This document shows, in pieces, positions 9,894-18,887 of a stretch of 46,654 nucleotides of DNA. This DNA is from a virus: IMG/VR virus record IMGVR_UViG_3300013936_000004; one strand, written 5' to 3'. Position numbers and translations under genes: made by a program. Numbering within the stretch: position 1 is the stretch's first letter; each line of letters opens with the position of its first letter. The notes under the pieces were generated by a model. That model was not told the DNA's origin. It made no database searches and saw only the letters and a list, made by a program, of their open reading frames with translations.

Positions 9894-10384
9894 AATCGAT
9901 TTTTTAATTCGTTTACCATATACGGCTGTATGTAATTATCTAATATCGTTGCCCACCGCTCGTCCATAAGCCCGAAGTTCCTCCATCCATACTTATCCAT
10001 TATCCTTTGTGCATAGTTCGTTGTCCCCTCTACTGACATCGTTTCCTCATCGAATTGCATCCCTAACTCCAAATGAAACTTCCCATTGATGTACAAGTTC
10101 GGTGCGTCCAAGTTTGCCCTTTCCGTCTGCGATGGATAAGTGAGTTCGGCTTTCCACTGCTTGTATCTCCTCGCACTATCGATATTCTTAAAGTACCCTC
10201 CACTTGATTGCAAGTCTTCGGAATAATAAGGGCGTAAATCCTCACCACTTGACGCCTTGCCCGAAAAGAGTTGCTCCCTCTGCTCTTGCAAGATTTCTTG
10301 CTCACAAGACTGCGCCCCCTCTCGGATAATCCCGTCAAGATTTTCTAAATACTCCGTTACACCCGTTAATAATTCCTCGATCAT
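9890..10384 (-). CDS. Structural protein (164 aa), head-tail region
   Basis: ATG ORF with a TAATG overlap to the upstream gene and an ATGA overlap to the downstream gene. Confidence 0.6.
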   Translation of the reverse strand: MIEELLTGVTEYLENLDGIIREGAQSCEQEILQEQREQLFSGKASSGEDLRPYYSEDLQSSGGYFKNIDSARRYKQWKAELTYPSQTERANLDAPNLYINGKFHLELGMQFDEETMSVEGTTNYAQRIMDKYGWRNFGLMDERWATILDNYIQPYMVNELKNRL

Positions 10385-11667
10385 TATATCGACCCTATTC
10401 TAATTCCTCCATTCTTACAACTCAAACAAAGTGGGTCAAGCCCCTTTGTATCTATACTCAACGCCTTGAAAGCCCTATCTAATTGTCCTTTCAATCCGCG
10501 TATCCCTTGTCCGTTCCCCTCACTCTCAAATAGAATATCGTTCCTATCTGCGTTGAATTGCACTCGGTTCACCTCTACTTCGGGGTTCATAGCAAGCGAC
10601 TTTAAGGCTTGATTGGCTACTTGCAACTGAATAACACTCGCAAAATCACCTCTCATAGCAATCAAAGTGTCCGTAAGGTCACATCCCATCGAAAACTGCA
10701 TATTCAATCCATAGTTGTCACTCGGAGTGTAGATGTTCTTTTGTATATCCCACAACCTGCCATCCCAATCACTCCCGTTGATGTAGAAAGGCGACAACTG
10801 AACCCACTTGCCCATTGCTCGGTAGACATTCAAATCCCCCTTGTTGCAACTGCCACACGGCTCTCTGCTCCAATCCCTACCGAAATTGATGCTCTCCATA
10901 TAATCGGGCAACTCTGCTTGCGAATATACCAAGTACCAACTACCTCCCGAATTGAGGTCGTGGCTATAATACGGCAAGTAAGTTTCGGGCAAATCGAACC
11001 ATTGGTAAGTCCCGTGAGTGGAAGTGTAGTTCATTTCTTTTACCCATATAGGCTCACTCCTCGATGAATGGAATAAATACAACTTCACTTTTCCGATGTT
11101 CCCTACGAACTGCATCCCAATCCGCTCTAACTTCATCGTTGCTCCATTGGCACGGATAGGAGTTATCTCAAACCCTACTAACCTACCATTGTTCGGAGTG
11201 CGTGCGGTTATCCTCCCTGTGCCGTCAAAAAGCGTCCTGCGGTCAAGTATGTTCTTCGTTTCAAGCCCTACTACCTTTTCCGTCATAAACCTCTGTACGA
11301 CGGCTTTTATGCCACTATCGGTGAGTTTAGATAGGTACTCGGTAAGTGCGTGGTACAACTCCCAATAATCGGCGTCTAACACGCTTCGCCCTTGATTGTC
11401 ATCCGCAACTGAACGATACAAGTCCTCCCCATATACCACAATATCACCCTTTGAGTAAGTCTTTGTCAGTTCGTACTCCGAATAGGCATAGTCTTTCGGC
11501 ATTATCCCTTTCATAGCCCGTAAGGTAAGTAGCGGATGCGCTTCTTGAAAGTATAACCCACTATCCGATTGAGTGAGTTCCTCTCCTATCGTATATTCTT
11601 TGGCACGGGATTGCTCCCATCCAACCACGCCACGAAAGGCGTTTACTATTTCTTTTATCCTTATCAT
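10384..11667 (-). CDS. Structural protein (427 aa), function unknown
   Basis: Long ATG ORF immediately downstream of the capsid gene and its terminator. Confidence 0.65.
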   Translation of the reverse strand: MIRIKEIVNAFRGVVGWEQSRAKEYTIGEELTQSDSGLYFQEAHPLLTLRAMKGIMPKDYAYSEYELTKTYSKGDIVVYGEDLYRSVADDNQGRSVLDADYWELYHALTEYLSKLTDSGIKAVVQRFMTEKVVGLETKNILDRRTLFDGTGRITARTPNNGRLVGFEITPIRANGATMKLERIGMQFVGNIGKVKLYLFHSSRSEPIWVKEMNYTSTHGTYQWFDLPETYLPYYSHDLNSGGSWYLVYSQAELPDYMESINFGRDWSREPCGSCNKGDLNVYRAMGKWVQLSPFYINGSDWDGRLWDIQKNIYTPSDNYGLNMQFSMGCDLTDTLIAMRGDFASVIQLQVANQALKSLAMNPEVEVNRVQFNADRNDILFESEGNGQGIRGLKGQLDRAFKALSIDTKGLDPLCLSCKNGGIRIGSI

Positions 11668-11680
11668 ATTCCAAAGTTAC

Positions 11681-11724
11681 TAAAAAAGGAGAAAGCAATC
11701 CCCTTTTCGGTTCATACTTTCTCC
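11681..11724 (-). terminator. Candidate rho-independent terminator/attenuator downstream of the capsid gene
   Basis: On the minus strand, an 8-bp stem GGAGAAAG/CTTTCTCC (11717-11724 with 11688-11695) is followed by TTTTTTA (11681-11687). Confidence 0.5.
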
Positions 11725-11756
11725 CTTTGAAAGACTATTTTAATTTGTCCCTACAA

Positions 11757-12869
11757 CTACGGAGTAACAGTTATAGCCTTTGTAGGAACAGGGTTGCTAT
11801 CAGTGTTAGCAATAACTACCTGTGGAGTGTAGTCTGTACCCTTTGTTACCTGCGCCTTTATGATTGGAGATGCAAGAGTTTCTGCGTCAGAGTTGTATGC
11901 CACGATGAACGCTACATCTACACTGAACCCATAGTATTCTTTTACATCGCAAACCATATCTGCGGTAGCGGCTCCCGAAATCTTACTCTGGTCACCCACT
12001 TCCTCATAGTAGTGCAAGCCTACTGGGATGTCAATATAAGGCATATTGATTACACTCCATTCGTGTGTGCCACTCTTCGCTCCGCGTGCGGCTGCTCTAT
12101 CGTAACGATATAGCATATCTACACTTCCCTCTTCTACTGCATAGAAAGTAGCGTACTGACCCGTTGCATTGGCAAGACGATTGGTGAAGTGGAATTCCTT
12201 ATTCTCGAATTCAAGTGTCTTGTCCACCTCGTTGTAAGTGCCAAGTTCTTGAAGTTTGCCAAGAATAGACTTCACACCTGCGTTTCCGATGATGTTCACC
12301 TTGCCATAGAAGTCGTTTGCTTCCATCATTGGCTCGATGTCACCAAGTATGTTCTCACGAGAACCGAAAGGAACGCCGATAGTGTCTGCTGTCTTTGAGT
12401 AAAGCAAAGTGTCGGCAAATACCTTTGTCTTTGCGGCTTCAAGTGCGGCAATAGCGGCACTATCAAGTGCAGCACCAAGTGCGCGTGCAGACTTCTTGAA
12501 CTTCGCCATAAAGTCCTTTTCATAGTCAATATCGTTGTTAGAATACTGACCCGGCACCATAGTGAAACCTACTGCATAGGTTACGAAACTTACATCCACA
12601 AGTGCAGAAGTATTCTCCGCATCTGCAATAGTACAAGTGCGTGCGTTGCTTACACTGACGGTTCCGTCATAGTTGATAACGGGCACTTGAAGTGTCTTAC
12701 CTGCGCCGTTTCTTGCTTCCTCTCTCATTCTCTCCGAAAGAAGAGGTGCTCTCTCGCTCTGAACTCGGAAGAAGTTCAAAGCACCATAATCGCTTAAACG
12801 ATTTTCGTTTTTGTCAAGGTTAGTGTCTTTGACCCTAATCGCTTGAATTTTAGTTGCTACTAATGTCAT
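11757..12869 (-). CDS. Major capsid protein candidate (370 aa)
   Basis: Size and position (after the scaffold-like gene, before a terminator). Composition is rich in Ala/Gly/Val/Thr. No homology search was possible. Confidence 0.6.
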   Translation of the reverse strand: MTLVATKIQAIRVKDTNLDKNENRLSDYGALNFFRVQSERAPLLSERMREEARNGAGKTLQVPVINYDGTVSVSNARTCTIADAENTSALVDVSFVTYAVGFTMVPGQYSNNDIDYEKDFMAKFKKSARALGAALDSAAIAALEAAKTKVFADTLLYSKTADTIGVPFGSRENILGDIEPMMEANDFYGKVNIIGNAGVKSILGKLQELGTYNEVDKTLEFENKEFHFTNRLANATGQYATFYAVEEGSVDMLYRYDRAAARGAKSGTHEWSVINMPYIDIPVGLHYYEEVGDQSKISGAATADMVCDVKEYYGFSVDVAFIVAYNSDAETLASPIIKAQVTKGTDYTPQVVIANTDSNPVPTKAITVTP

Positions 12870-12930
12870 AGTTTAGAACTTTTATTTTGTTTGATACTTT
12901 TAGACTTCCCCTTTGTCCGTTACTAAAAAA

Positions 12931-13794
12931 TTATCTTGTAGGAAGTTCGGAAATCTTGTTCTCTCTCCAATACTTGTCAAGTTCTTTTTGGAAAGCACTC
13001 GAACCCTTTACTAATCCTTTGGCAAGGAGTTCGGATGTAATCGCTTCCATTGCTTCCTCTTGCGTGCTTGCGGTTAGCACTTTCTCCTTTTGTGGAGTGG
13101 TCGTGCCCGTTCCCGTCTTTGTCTTCTCTGCCAATATACCATAGTTAGACAATTCTTTTACAAGAAGTTCTTTCGCGGTATATGGGTTGAGTTTGTTTTC
13201 GGGATTGTTCAGTGGTGAACCATTCTCGTCGTGGAAGATAAGTACTTCCTTTCCGTTTCTTTCCTCGTATTTAGGATTTAGTCCCTTAACGCGCTTTACG
13301 GCTTGTTCTACGAGTGTATTCACGGCAACCTCATTCAGTCCCTCTTTGTATTTCAAACCCGATTTAGCCACCTCAAAATCGTTGCTAATGCGGTAATTGA
13401 GGAGTTTCTTCTCACTCTCGCCCTCCAAAGCCTTATATTTGGTTTGTAGGTCGTTGAACTGCTCTTTGGTAGTCTTCAATTCGGCTCGTGTGGTTTCAAG
13501 TTCTTCACTTGTCCCCTCGCCTTTCTTCGACTTCAATTCGGCAATCTCGTTCTCGTACTTCGACTTCATTGCATCTATCGCGCGTGGTAGATAGTCGTAA
13601 GTCTTTTCCGCTCCGTTTCTTGGTACTCCCGAATGCTCCTCGATGGATGCATCTAACTGACGATAGTGTTCACCGAACTTAACTCGGAACTGCTCGTTCT
13701 CATCATTCTGCGACAAAGTGACGATTGCGCCAATCTGCTCTTCACTCAATCCTTTGAGTGCTTCGTTTGCGGTAATAATCTCTTGTGTCAGCAT
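12931..13794 (-). CDS. Scaffolding protein candidate (287 aa)
   Basis: Highly charged Glu/Lys-rich helical protein between the portal and capsid genes. Confidence 0.55.
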   Translation of the reverse strand: MLTQEIITANEALKGLSEEQIGAIVTLSQNDENEQFRVKFGEHYRQLDASIEEHSGVPRNGAEKTYDYLPRAIDAMKSKYENEIAELKSKKGEGTSEELETTRAELKTTKEQFNDLQTKYKALEGESEKKLLNYRISNDFEVAKSGLKYKEGLNEVAVNTLVEQAVKRVKGLNPKYEERNGKEVLIFHDENGSPLNNPENKLNPYTAKELLVKELSNYGILAEKTKTGTGTTTPQKEKVLTASTQEEAMEAITSELLAKGLVKGSSAFQKELDKYWRENKISELPTR

Positions 13795-13796
13795 AC

Positions 13797-14147
13797 TTAC
13801 TTCTTTTTAATCGGTGTTGGAGTAGGTGCTTTGTACTTCTTCTCGTACTCGGCTCTTACTTCGGCTTCTATCTCTTTACGCATCCTTTCTTCGGGCGTTT
13901 CAACAACTCTTTCGGTGTTGTACTTCCCTTCGGGATGGAATAGGATGTTGATTGTGTATCCCTGCAACTCTAAATTGCGCTTCACACTATCGAACATCTT
14001 TGGCGTGGTCTTAATCACCTCTTGTCGGCTAATCTTCTGCCCATTGTGAGGATTGTAAGTCACTCGCTCAATCGTGTAGTGTACATATCCCTCCTCACCT
14101 TTCGGAAGTTGATATGTCGCTCTCGTTAACTTTGCGTTCTCTCGCAT
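13797..14147 (-). CDS. Hypothetical head-module protein (116 aa)
   Basis: ATG ORF that overlaps the 3' end of the portal ORF by 53 nt. Confidence 0.5.
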   Translation of the reverse strand: MRENAKLTRATYQLPKGEEGYVHYTIERVTYNPHNGQKISRQEVIKTTPKMFDSVKRNLELQGYTINILFHPEGKYNTERVVETPEERMRKEIEAEVRAEYEKKYKAPTPTPIKKK

Positions 14148-15828
14148 ACTCTAAAATTGTGTTATATATGGTTTCTATCTTGCTCTCGTAACTAACATCT
14201 GCTCCGAAATCCAAGATATTCGTATTTTCCCGCTCAAATCTACGAATAAATCCGCTAAAATCGTTCTTCAAGATTACTTCTTCTGCGGAAATAAGGTGAT
14301 TGAGGTATAGATTTAGCACTTCATTCTTCTTCAAGTGTCTATATGGCTCTAATTCCGATAGGATTTTCATCCTCTGCAACTGCATAGGGTTGTGCCTATA
14401 CTCGGTCTCGATCAACTGCGTGCGCAAGGCATCTAACTCCGTGTCGCTCGCTCCTCCCTCTTTGGCTTTGTTGTACCTGTCTTGTAGTACTTCGGGCGTA
14501 AGAGTGTAGAACTCCGTACCATAGTTGATATTCGCGCTGATGAAATTATCTCCGTACCTCAATATGCAGATAGTAGTATCTACCCACTTCTGTGCTTCCT
14601 CAAAGCCTTTCTTTATCCTATTGAGTACATTGTCTTTGCTTTCATAGGATGCATCCACCTGCTTGTCGTTGATAGACGCTTCGTTGATGATAGTGCTATC
14701 CACACCCACACACGATGCTATGATACTATTCTTCAACCTTTCCAAGTCCTCTACATTGTAGTCAAGGCTCTGTTTGTCGATAGAAAGCATCTGTATAGGG
14801 TTGCGCATATCGGGTAGTCCGTCCTTTGGTACGGGCACTTCGATATATGTTCCTGCTCCTGCAAGCGACTTCTTGCTCTTACATAACGGACAAGGAATTG
14901 GATTGCCGGCAACATCGAGTTTCATAGTGCCGTCAGGCTTCTGCAAGTGTCCGTGATAACAGATATTGCCCTCTGCGTCTGTATAGTCGCACTCTTCCTC
15001 GTATCCCGAATAGATAGGGAACGACCCGTATAAATCAAGATGCTTTTTAGATAGTACCCTAAATAGGTAGTAGTCCAAGTTTGCAAGTTCCTTACTCAAA
15101 GGAGACTTCTTTATATCCGGATTGGTGATGCTCAAAGGCTCGTTCCAAAAGAACCTTGTAGGGCAAAAGCCTAACCCGTGTGCGGAAGAAGAAAGTAACT
15201 TAATTACATCCGTGTCACGAACCTCGTATGTGCGATAGGCAAGCTCGTCAATAGCCACGATAGTATCCTTTGTACTGCGGAAGATAAGCCACTCCATCGC
15301 ACCATTCATAGGATTGACGCTATAAGACACTACATTCGCTATCGGAACGGGATAGAAGTATGGTGCAGTCCTGCCCTCTTGTGGCTCTTGTGGCATATCT
15401 ACTACCAAGATGCAGTTTATCTCTGTCTTGAAGTAATCCCACATCTTACTACTCCATACATCGGGTTCTCCAAGTACAAGAGTACGATAACGCTCCCAGT
15501 CAGCTCTTGCATCCGCGCTCTTGAACTGATAATCAATAGCGGGATTGCGCCCCTCAAATACCTTTGACAACTTTGTGAAGATGCCATCGGTAATCGCATT
15601 GGTAGGGATAGGGAACTTTAAGTTGTTCAAGCAATTTAGATACTTGTCGTTAGGTAACATCGACTGCAAATAGAGTTTGAAGTCGTTGTATGGACGGCCT
15701 ACCACTGCTGATAGGTTAGTATCTGCGTGGAACTTAATCCGCTCTTGTTGCTTTAAGGCTTCATTTATCTGCGGTCTTTTGCTTGACTGCCTTAACTCCG
15801 CTTGTATTTGATTTAGTAGTAAAGCCAT
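14095..15828 (-). CDS. Portal protein candidate (~577 aa from ATG at 15828)
   Basis: Size and position upstream of scaffold and capsid. The track start at 15843 is a TTG; the first ATG (MALLLNQIQ) is at 15828. Confidence 0.6.
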   Translation of the reverse strand: MALLLNQIQAELRQSSKRPQINEALKQQERIKFHADTNLSAVVGRPYNDFKLYLQSMLPNDKYLNCLNNLKFPIPTNAITDGIFTKLSKVFEGRNPAIDYQFKSADARADWERYRTLVLGEPDVWSSKMWDYFKTEINCILVVDMPQEPQEGRTAPYFYPVPIANVVSYSVNPMNGAMEWLIFRSTKDTIVAIDELAYRTYEVRDTDVIKLLSSSAHGLGFCPTRFFWNEPLSITNPDIKKSPLSKELANLDYYLFRVLSKKHLDLYGSFPIYSGYEEECDYTDAEGNICYHGHLQKPDGTMKLDVAGNPIPCPLCKSKKSLAGAGTYIEVPVPKDGLPDMRNPIQMLSIDKQSLDYNVEDLERLKNSIIASCVGVDSTIINEASINDKQVDASYESKDNVLNRIKKGFEEAQKWVDTTICILRYGDNFISANINYGTEFYTLTPEVLQDRYNKAKEGGASDTELDALRTQLIETEYRHNPMQLQRMKILSELEPYRHLKKNEVLNLYLNHLISAEEVILKNDFSGFIRRFERENTNILDFGADVSYESKIETIYNTILEYARERKVNESDISTSER

Positions 15829-15973
15829 TCTTCGTCCATTCAAAGTTAGTATCCGTTACCCTCCACACGCAATTTGGAAGTCGCATTATCCGCTCTGCGT
15901 GCTCTATCTCGAAGAACTCTGCGGCACTACCCCCAATAGGAGTAAGTGCCACCAAAGTTTTCTTCGCACCCAT
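15761..15973 (-). CDS. Hypothetical protein (70 aa)
   Basis: ATG ORF with a TAATG overlap to the upstream gene. It overlaps the portal 5' end by ~68 nt. Confidence 0.45.
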   Translation of the reverse strand: MGAKKTLVALTPIGGSAAEFFEIEHAERIMRLPNCVWRVTDTNFEWTKNGFTTKSNTSGVKAVKQKTADK

Positions 15974-16584
15974 TATAGGTCAGTTACTGAAAATTCAGTT
16001 GTTACTATCTCCAATCCGTCCGAATAGTTCGGTGCAAAGGAGAACTGCAATGCGTTGTTGTCGGGTTCCTGCAATCCTCCGTGTATCTTATCCCCTACAA
16101 AGAGGGCTTGTATTGGAAGAGGATAGTAGTTATCTCCGTCCTTGATTGCTTCTACCTGCCCATCCGCGTTGATAGGATACACTCCCAAAGACGCCTCACA
16201 CATCAACTCTTTGAGGGCTACAATAGCTTCCTGCGACCACTCGCGAAGTGCAAAGGTCATATTGGTAGGGTTTGAACCTACAATCTTCTCTACACCGCCC
16301 AAAGTGTCGTTTCCTCCTCCGAAAGTGATAGCATCTCCACCATCTTGTGTAGGTGCTTCTACGAATGGAGTTACGGCAATCTTTGTTCCGTCAGTAGCGG
16401 CAGTGAACTTCTGCCAAGTAGCCAGTTTGGTGATGTCGTTTGTCTTGTCGAACTTGTTTTTAGTCGTACCATCAGAATAGATACGTACAAATGCAAGTTT
16501 CTGAATTTGCCCGAAACTCTGCTTGCAAGTTACTTTTGGGATGTCAGGCAAAGCGGCCGAAGTAGTACATGAACATACTCTCAT
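15973..16584 (-). CDS. Structural protein (203 aa), first gene of the late operon
   Basis: ATG ORF about 55 nt downstream of a consensus promoter. Thr/Gly/Ala-rich. Confidence 0.6.
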   Translation of the reverse strand: MRVCSCTTSAALPDIPKVTCKQSFGQIQKLAFVRIYSDGTTKNKFDKTNDITKLATWQKFTAATDGTKIAVTPFVEAPTQDGGDAITFGGGNDTLGGVEKIVGSNPTNMTFALREWSQEAIVALKELMCEASLGVYPINADGQVEAIKDGDNYYPLPIQALFVGDKIHGGLQEPDNNALQFSFAPNYSDGLEIVTTEFSVTDL

Positions 16585-16637
16585 AATTCTATAATGTTAA
16601 AAGGTTTATAAATCGGGCTTACCCTTTGCCTACACCA

Positions 16638-16669
16638 CAAAGATAAAAAACTTATTTTTCTTTTGCAAA
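16638..16669 (-). promoter_or_regulatory. Bacteroidetes-type promoter for the late structural operon
   Basis: Minus strand reads TTTG (16669-16666), then a 20-nt spacer, then TATCTTTG (16645-16638). This matches -33 TTTG / -7 TAnnTTTG. Confidence 0.6.
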
Positions 16670-16692
16670 TCCAATAAAATTTTGTATCTTTG
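16662..16692 (+). promoter_or_regulatory. Divergent Bacteroidetes-type promoter for the RNase H/dUTPase island
   Basis: TTTG (16662-16665), a 19-nt spacer, then TATCTTTG (16685-16692). Its -33 box lies in the palindrome TTTGCAAA, shared with the minus-strand promoter. Confidence 0.55.
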
Positions 16693-17202
16693 TAGGTAGA
16701 GAAAGCGATGAATGGCGAATGTTCAAGTGATTTGTTAAGCCATACATAGAAAGCGATTTCGGGGCGTTGTTTTCTCTATATCTTTTCATGCCATCTTCCC
16801 CGAAGTCGTTTTCTTTTTACATAGTTGACGGAGTTAAGAGTGCGTTTCGCTTACACATTGGCACTATAATCCCAAAGCAAGTGAAACCCCTACGATTACG
16901 TTGTAGGCAACATACTTCGAGTTGACGAAGTGAAGCAACGTCCACAAACTGACGACTTCGACAATTGACAATAGAAGATATAGCCAACAAGAGGTATGAA
17001 TAACGTAAGACGTACGTTGTAATGAAAAAGGGACGGAGTGATGCACCCATACCGCAAGACTGGGATAACGCTCATCGGGAAAAAAAGTTTAACAACGCCC
17101 GCCATACAAACTGAATTGATTTTCTCTCTTGTATGTGAATGTATCTTTTATACTGGTCAAAGGATATAAAGGGCTTGAACACCCTATAATTTGTAGATTT
17201 TT

Positions 17203-17340
17203 ATGGTAACAGACAAACAAGTACTCGATGAATTTAAGTTCTTCCTCTCAAAGTTGAAGTACGAAGAACTCGTGACCTTTTGGAAACTCCTACACACCCC
17301 TCGTATAGTGGACGCCGTTAAATCTGCCTTGAAGATATGA
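17203..17340 (+). CDS. Small hypothetical protein (45 aa), not in the ORF track
   Basis: ATG at 17203 (MVTDKQVLDEFKFFLSKLKYEELVTFWKLLHTPRIVDAVKSALKI). Its TGA stop overlaps the RNase H ATG as ATGA. Confidence 0.45.
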   Translation: MVTDKQVLDEFKFFLSKLKYEELVTFWKLLHTPRIVDAVKSALKI

Positions 17341-17753
17341 AATATACAATCTATACCGATGGCGGCTATTACCTGCGCTACGATGTCGGAGCCTTTGCCT
17401 ATGTCATCCTCGACGAAGAGGGTAAAGTAGTGGCCTGCTCCTCGTCGAAAATCCAAAACGAAACAAGCAATCGCGCCGAACTCCTTGCAATCATCTACGC
17501 CATAGCACAACTCCCAATAGGAGTAGATGCTATCATCTATACCGATAGTAGATATTGCACCCTCGTCTGCAATAGCACAAAGCAATACACCCTCAATGCC
17601 GACCTCATCGAACTCTACCACAATGTCGTCAACGCTCAAAGGGCAAACATAACTATAAAGAAAATCAAAGGTCACAGCGGCAACAAATGGAACGAAAAAT
17701 GCGATGAAATGTGTACCCGTAACATAAACGAACAACTACCATTCAAGAGATGA
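17337..17753 (+). CDS. rnh: Ribonuclease H (RNase HI family, 138 aa)
   Basis: RNase HI catalytic layout is present: YTDGG near the N-terminus, NRAELLA (Glu), IYTDS (Asp), and KGHSGNKWNEKCDEM (His/Asp). Confidence 0.85.
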   Translation: MKYTIYTDGGYYLRYDVGAFAYVILDEEGKVVACSSSKIQNETSNRAELLAIIYAIAQLPIGVDAIIYTDSRYCTLVCNSTKQYTLNADLIELYHNVVNAQRANITIKKIKGHSGNKWNEKCDEMCTRNINEQLPFKR

Positions 17754-18190
17754 AAGTATTAATCAAAAAACTCTCTCCTTTGGCTCAAATCCCAAAGAAA
17801 ACCTACAAAGACGACTTCTGCTACGATGTCGTCGCTACATCCGAAGAAGAAATAGCACCAAATGTGTGGAAATACGGCATCGGTCTTGCGTTCCAAATCG
17901 TACGACCTCACCCAAGTATCTACAACCTCGCAATAGACTTCCGCCCTCGCTCCTCCGTATGGAAAACAGGGATGGTACTCTCTAACTGCGTCGGCACAAT
18001 AGACGAACCCTATCGCGGCGAAGTATCTGCCGTATTCTACCACCTCAATACCTCTCTGCCTCGATACAAAGTAGGCGATAAAATCGGCCAACTCAAACTC
18101 GGCATCACTACCCCTATCGAATGGCAAGAAACTGACACCCTCGACCAAACAGAACGCGGCGACAAAGGCTACGGCTCAACTGGCAAATAA
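17750..18190 (+). CDS. dut: dUTP diphosphatase (146 aa)
   Basis: dUTPase motifs are present: PRSS, GTIDEPYRGE, GDKIGQL and RGDKGYGSTG. The start has an ATGA overlap with rnh. Confidence 0.9.
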   Translation: MKVLIKKLSPLAQIPKKTYKDDFCYDVVATSEEEIAPNVWKYGIGLAFQIVRPHPSIYNLAIDFRPRSSVWKTGMVLSNCVGTIDEPYRGEVSAVFYHLNTSLPRYKVGDKIGQLKLGITTPIEWQETDTLDQTERGDKGYGSTGK

Positions 18191-18258
18191 GCCACTTATA
18201 ACAGAAAATTTGTATCTTGTACCGCCAAAGGTCTAAACCCCTCTAAAAACGCCTAAAA

Positions 18259-18405
18259 ATGACAGACAATAAAGTACTCGAATACTGCAAACGATGCCAC
18301 TTCCGCGAAAGACGCATCTGCAAAACAACTCACCAATTTGAACACTTCTGCCTGCAAGCAAACGAATTCCATAAATTTATATCTCAATGTCCCCTAAAAA
18401 AGTAA
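18259..18405 (+). CDS. Small Cys/His-rich protein (48 aa), not in the ORF track
   Basis: ATG ORF MTDNKVLEYCKRCHFRERRICKTTHQFEHFCLQANEFHKFISQCPLKK with CxxC...C...C spacing. Its 3' end overlaps the next ORF by 19 nt. Confidence 0.4.
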   Translation: MTDNKVLEYCKRCHFRERRICKTTHQFEHFCLQANEFHKFISQCPLKK

Positions 18406-18635
18406 TCAAACCCGTAATCACCGCAGTTAGAGATGCAAAAGGAAACAACATCCTCCGCAAACCTATCCTCAAACTGCACTACCACCCCGATACAATCAAA
18501 ACAAATATCGACGCGCTCATAGACAACGCGCCCGACCAACAAGCACTCTTCCTACTCGAAGATATAAAAACATTAACCGCGTGGGCACTCGCTCACCTAA
18601 ACCTCAAAAAACCAAATGAAACAAAAATTGACTAA
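18387..18635 (+). CDS. Hypothetical protein (82 aa)
   Basis: ATG ORF in the plus-strand island. Confidence 0.5.
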   Translation: MSPKKVIKPVITAVRDAKGNNILRKPILKLHYHPDTIKTNIDALIDNAPDQQALFLLEDIKTLTAWALAHLNLKKPNETKID

Positions 18636-18873
18636 ACTCGACCTCGACCAAGTACTCAACTACTTCCCCGTCTCTATCCTTTGGACTATTTGGCTCATCT
18701 CCTCCATAGTCCTACTCTGTACCCACACCATCCCCCTACTCGTGGCTCTACTACCACTGCTCATCCCCCTCTCCGTGGGTCTCTCTATCCTCCTCATTAT
18801 GGAACTCGCTAACCTAATTACCCTAATAACTAAACGCAAATCGGAAAAACTTAACGAAAAAGGGACTTCCTAA
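18616..18873 (+). CDS. Small membrane protein (85 aa)
   Basis: ATG ORF with two long hydrophobic segments (WTIWLISSIVLLCTHTIPLLVALLPLLIPLSVGLSILLIMELANLI). Confidence 0.55.
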   Translation: MKQKLTKLDLDQVLNYFPVSILWTIWLISSIVLLCTHTIPLLVALLPLLIPLSVGLSILLIMELANLITLITKRKSEKLNEKGTS

Positions 18874-18887
18874 CAGAAGCCCCCTTT

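Noticed and set aside
16817-17105. Three mutually overlapping minus-strand ORFs (60-77 aa) in the long leader region
   Set aside because: They overlap each other in different frames, have odd Cys/Arg-rich composition and no promoter. They are treated as non-coding.
17184-17735. 183-aa minus-strand ORF
   Set aside because: It is fully antisense to the RNase H gene, which has clear catalytic motifs. It is a shadow ORF.
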